NCBI RefSeq assembly: GCF_964275005.1
Contig: NC_092698.1
Span: 37,680,597-37,744,596 of the forward strand
Reading direction: 5' to 3'
DNA: 64,000 nucleotides
Source of the DNA: Diadema setosum
Lineage: Eukaryota
How positions within the stretch are numbered: position 1 is the stretch's first letter; each line of letters begins with the position of its first letter. Of this stretch, positions 62,734 to 64,000 are shown piece after piece. Made by a program: the position numbers and the translations under genes. The notes below the pieces were generated by a model. It was not told where the DNA came from. It made no database searches and saw only the letters and a list, made by a program, of their open reading frames with translations.

Positions 62734-63772
62734 TCAGAGGTCCAAACCTGTATCAATAACAGCCACATCTTCACTGGACGTTCCCCCGTAGAGCACGTCT
62801 AGGGCTCTCTTACAGTCACTCACTGTGGTCTTGGCAAGGAATTGGCACTTTAGCTGGTCTGAGAGGGACACGCCCCCCTCTTGGGATGCACTCCCTAACA
62901 GTGCTGAGATTGCCATCTGTGAGACAGCGTTGGCACGCTCCACCGCCAACCATCTCTCCAGTGCTCCATCCAGGGCACCTGGTGTCGCGGCATTCTCTGT
63001 AAGAAAGGTGGCAGGTGGGCCCCACAACAAGCACTGAAGTAGAGTCACGGCTTGATCACAAGTTAGCCTGTCTTCAGGCTTCTTAGTGAGAAGTTTGCAG
63101 GCAATGGTATGGAGGCCCTGGGAGAGAGGTGACTTGACAGGAATGTGGGGTAGATCTTCTTTGGCATAGTCAGAGATGATAAGGCTTGTGCGAGTTGAGA
63201 ATGGGTTAGCATGATGTAAGAACTCGTACACAAGGATACCCACATCAAATTCATGGCATTTTTGCTCCAGCTTGGATGCCACACCCCCCTCAGCTGGTGA
63301 CAACACAGGAGCCGCGGTTACTACTTCCGCTCCGATCAAGTGGTTGATGACCAGTCTCTGACCACCACCGGGCAGCCCACTGTTGACCAGCAGGAGGTGA
63401 TCCAACTTAAGGCTCTCCAGACACATGTGGTGGGATTGCAGCTGGCACAAACCTTGGCACAATTGCAGCAACATTGTGGCGACGTCTCGCTCATAGACAT
63501 CCGGGAGGCACTCATGCTTTTCTGCATTCTGAGTCACATACTCGGCAACGTTTACTGCCGGCAGACAGTCCGTGATGATGACGGCCGTCTCAAAGGAACC
63601 GTCTGGTTGGGGAGAACCACGAGACTTGCGCTGCTCCAGTAGTGAGGGGTTGATGGTGACAGTGTCTTTGGCAGCATGGCTGACTGAGATGAGGTTGGGT
63701 TGTGGAAACATGGATCTCGTAATGTCCGCCATGTGGAGTACTTGAGATGTCTTGCTGGGATTACAGCATACC
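62734..63772 (-). CDS. Terminal coding exon of a protein-kinase-like (probable pseudokinase) gene; partial gene, upstream exons lie outside the window
   Basis: A 332-aa ORF on the - strand (62734-63732) with non-repetitive, GC3-rich codon usage. It shows kinase C-lobe landmarks with degenerate catalytic motifs. The HRDLKxxN position reads CLESLKLDHLLL. The APE..DVWSLGVILYELL region reads SPAEGG...FDVGILVYEFLHHANPF. The subdomain XI region reads KKPEDRLTCDQAV. The frame stays open 13 more codons upstream of the Met, up to a minus-strand acceptor tttttatatttctgtag at about 63773-63789. The N-lobe is too short to be complete, so the exon probably begins at that acceptor. Confidence 0.6.
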
Positions 63773-64000
63773 TACAGAAATATAAAAATCATGATAGAGC
63801 GATCTAAATAGGCATACTGGATTTACAAAACTTCAATGATCACTGGCTATACACAGAAAAAAAAAAGTATTTAGCTGTAAATGGCGGATGTATCATTAAT
63901 ACAATTTCTGTTTACAGACATTATTATGAGAACCATTTTCATACAGTCTAACTCTAAAATCTAGAATAATTTCATGTTCAAAGCTTACAAAAATTCTGGA

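Overview
The window is AT-rich eukaryotic (metazoan-type) genomic DNA. It has spliceosomal introns with GT..AG boundaries, abundant microsatellites, several MITE families and 5'-truncated LINE fragments. It is not a prokaryotic locus. I can support three things. (1) Bases 1-42103, + strand: the 3' portion of a multi-exon WD40-repeat (beta-propeller) gene. It has nine exons with mutually consistent splice phases and a TAA stop at 42101-42103. Its introns are very large (up to about 24 kb) and full of transposable elements. (2) Bases 42104-62733: a TE-rich intergenic region with two 5'-truncated non-LTR retrotransposon ORF2 fragments on the - strand, several MITEs, microsatellite clusters, and a 39-bp perfect palindrome. 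(3) Bases 62734-63772, - strand: the terminal coding exon of a convergently oriented gene. It encodes the C-lobe of a protein-kinase-like domain whose HRD and DFG catalytic motifs are degenerate, so it looks like a pseudokinase. The most unusual structure lies inside the last large intron of the WD40 gene. There, a 566-bp hairpin-type MITE (intact reference copy at 38567-39132) has been split in half. The two halves now flank about 6.6 kb containing two oppositely oriented satellite arrays built around the self-complementary motif CCCATATGGG and a unique core, giving a foldback-like composite element at 26856-34008. A degenerate (CCCTAA)n telomere-like tract lies directly next to the intact MITE copy. 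All coordinates were counted by hand and may be off by a few bases.
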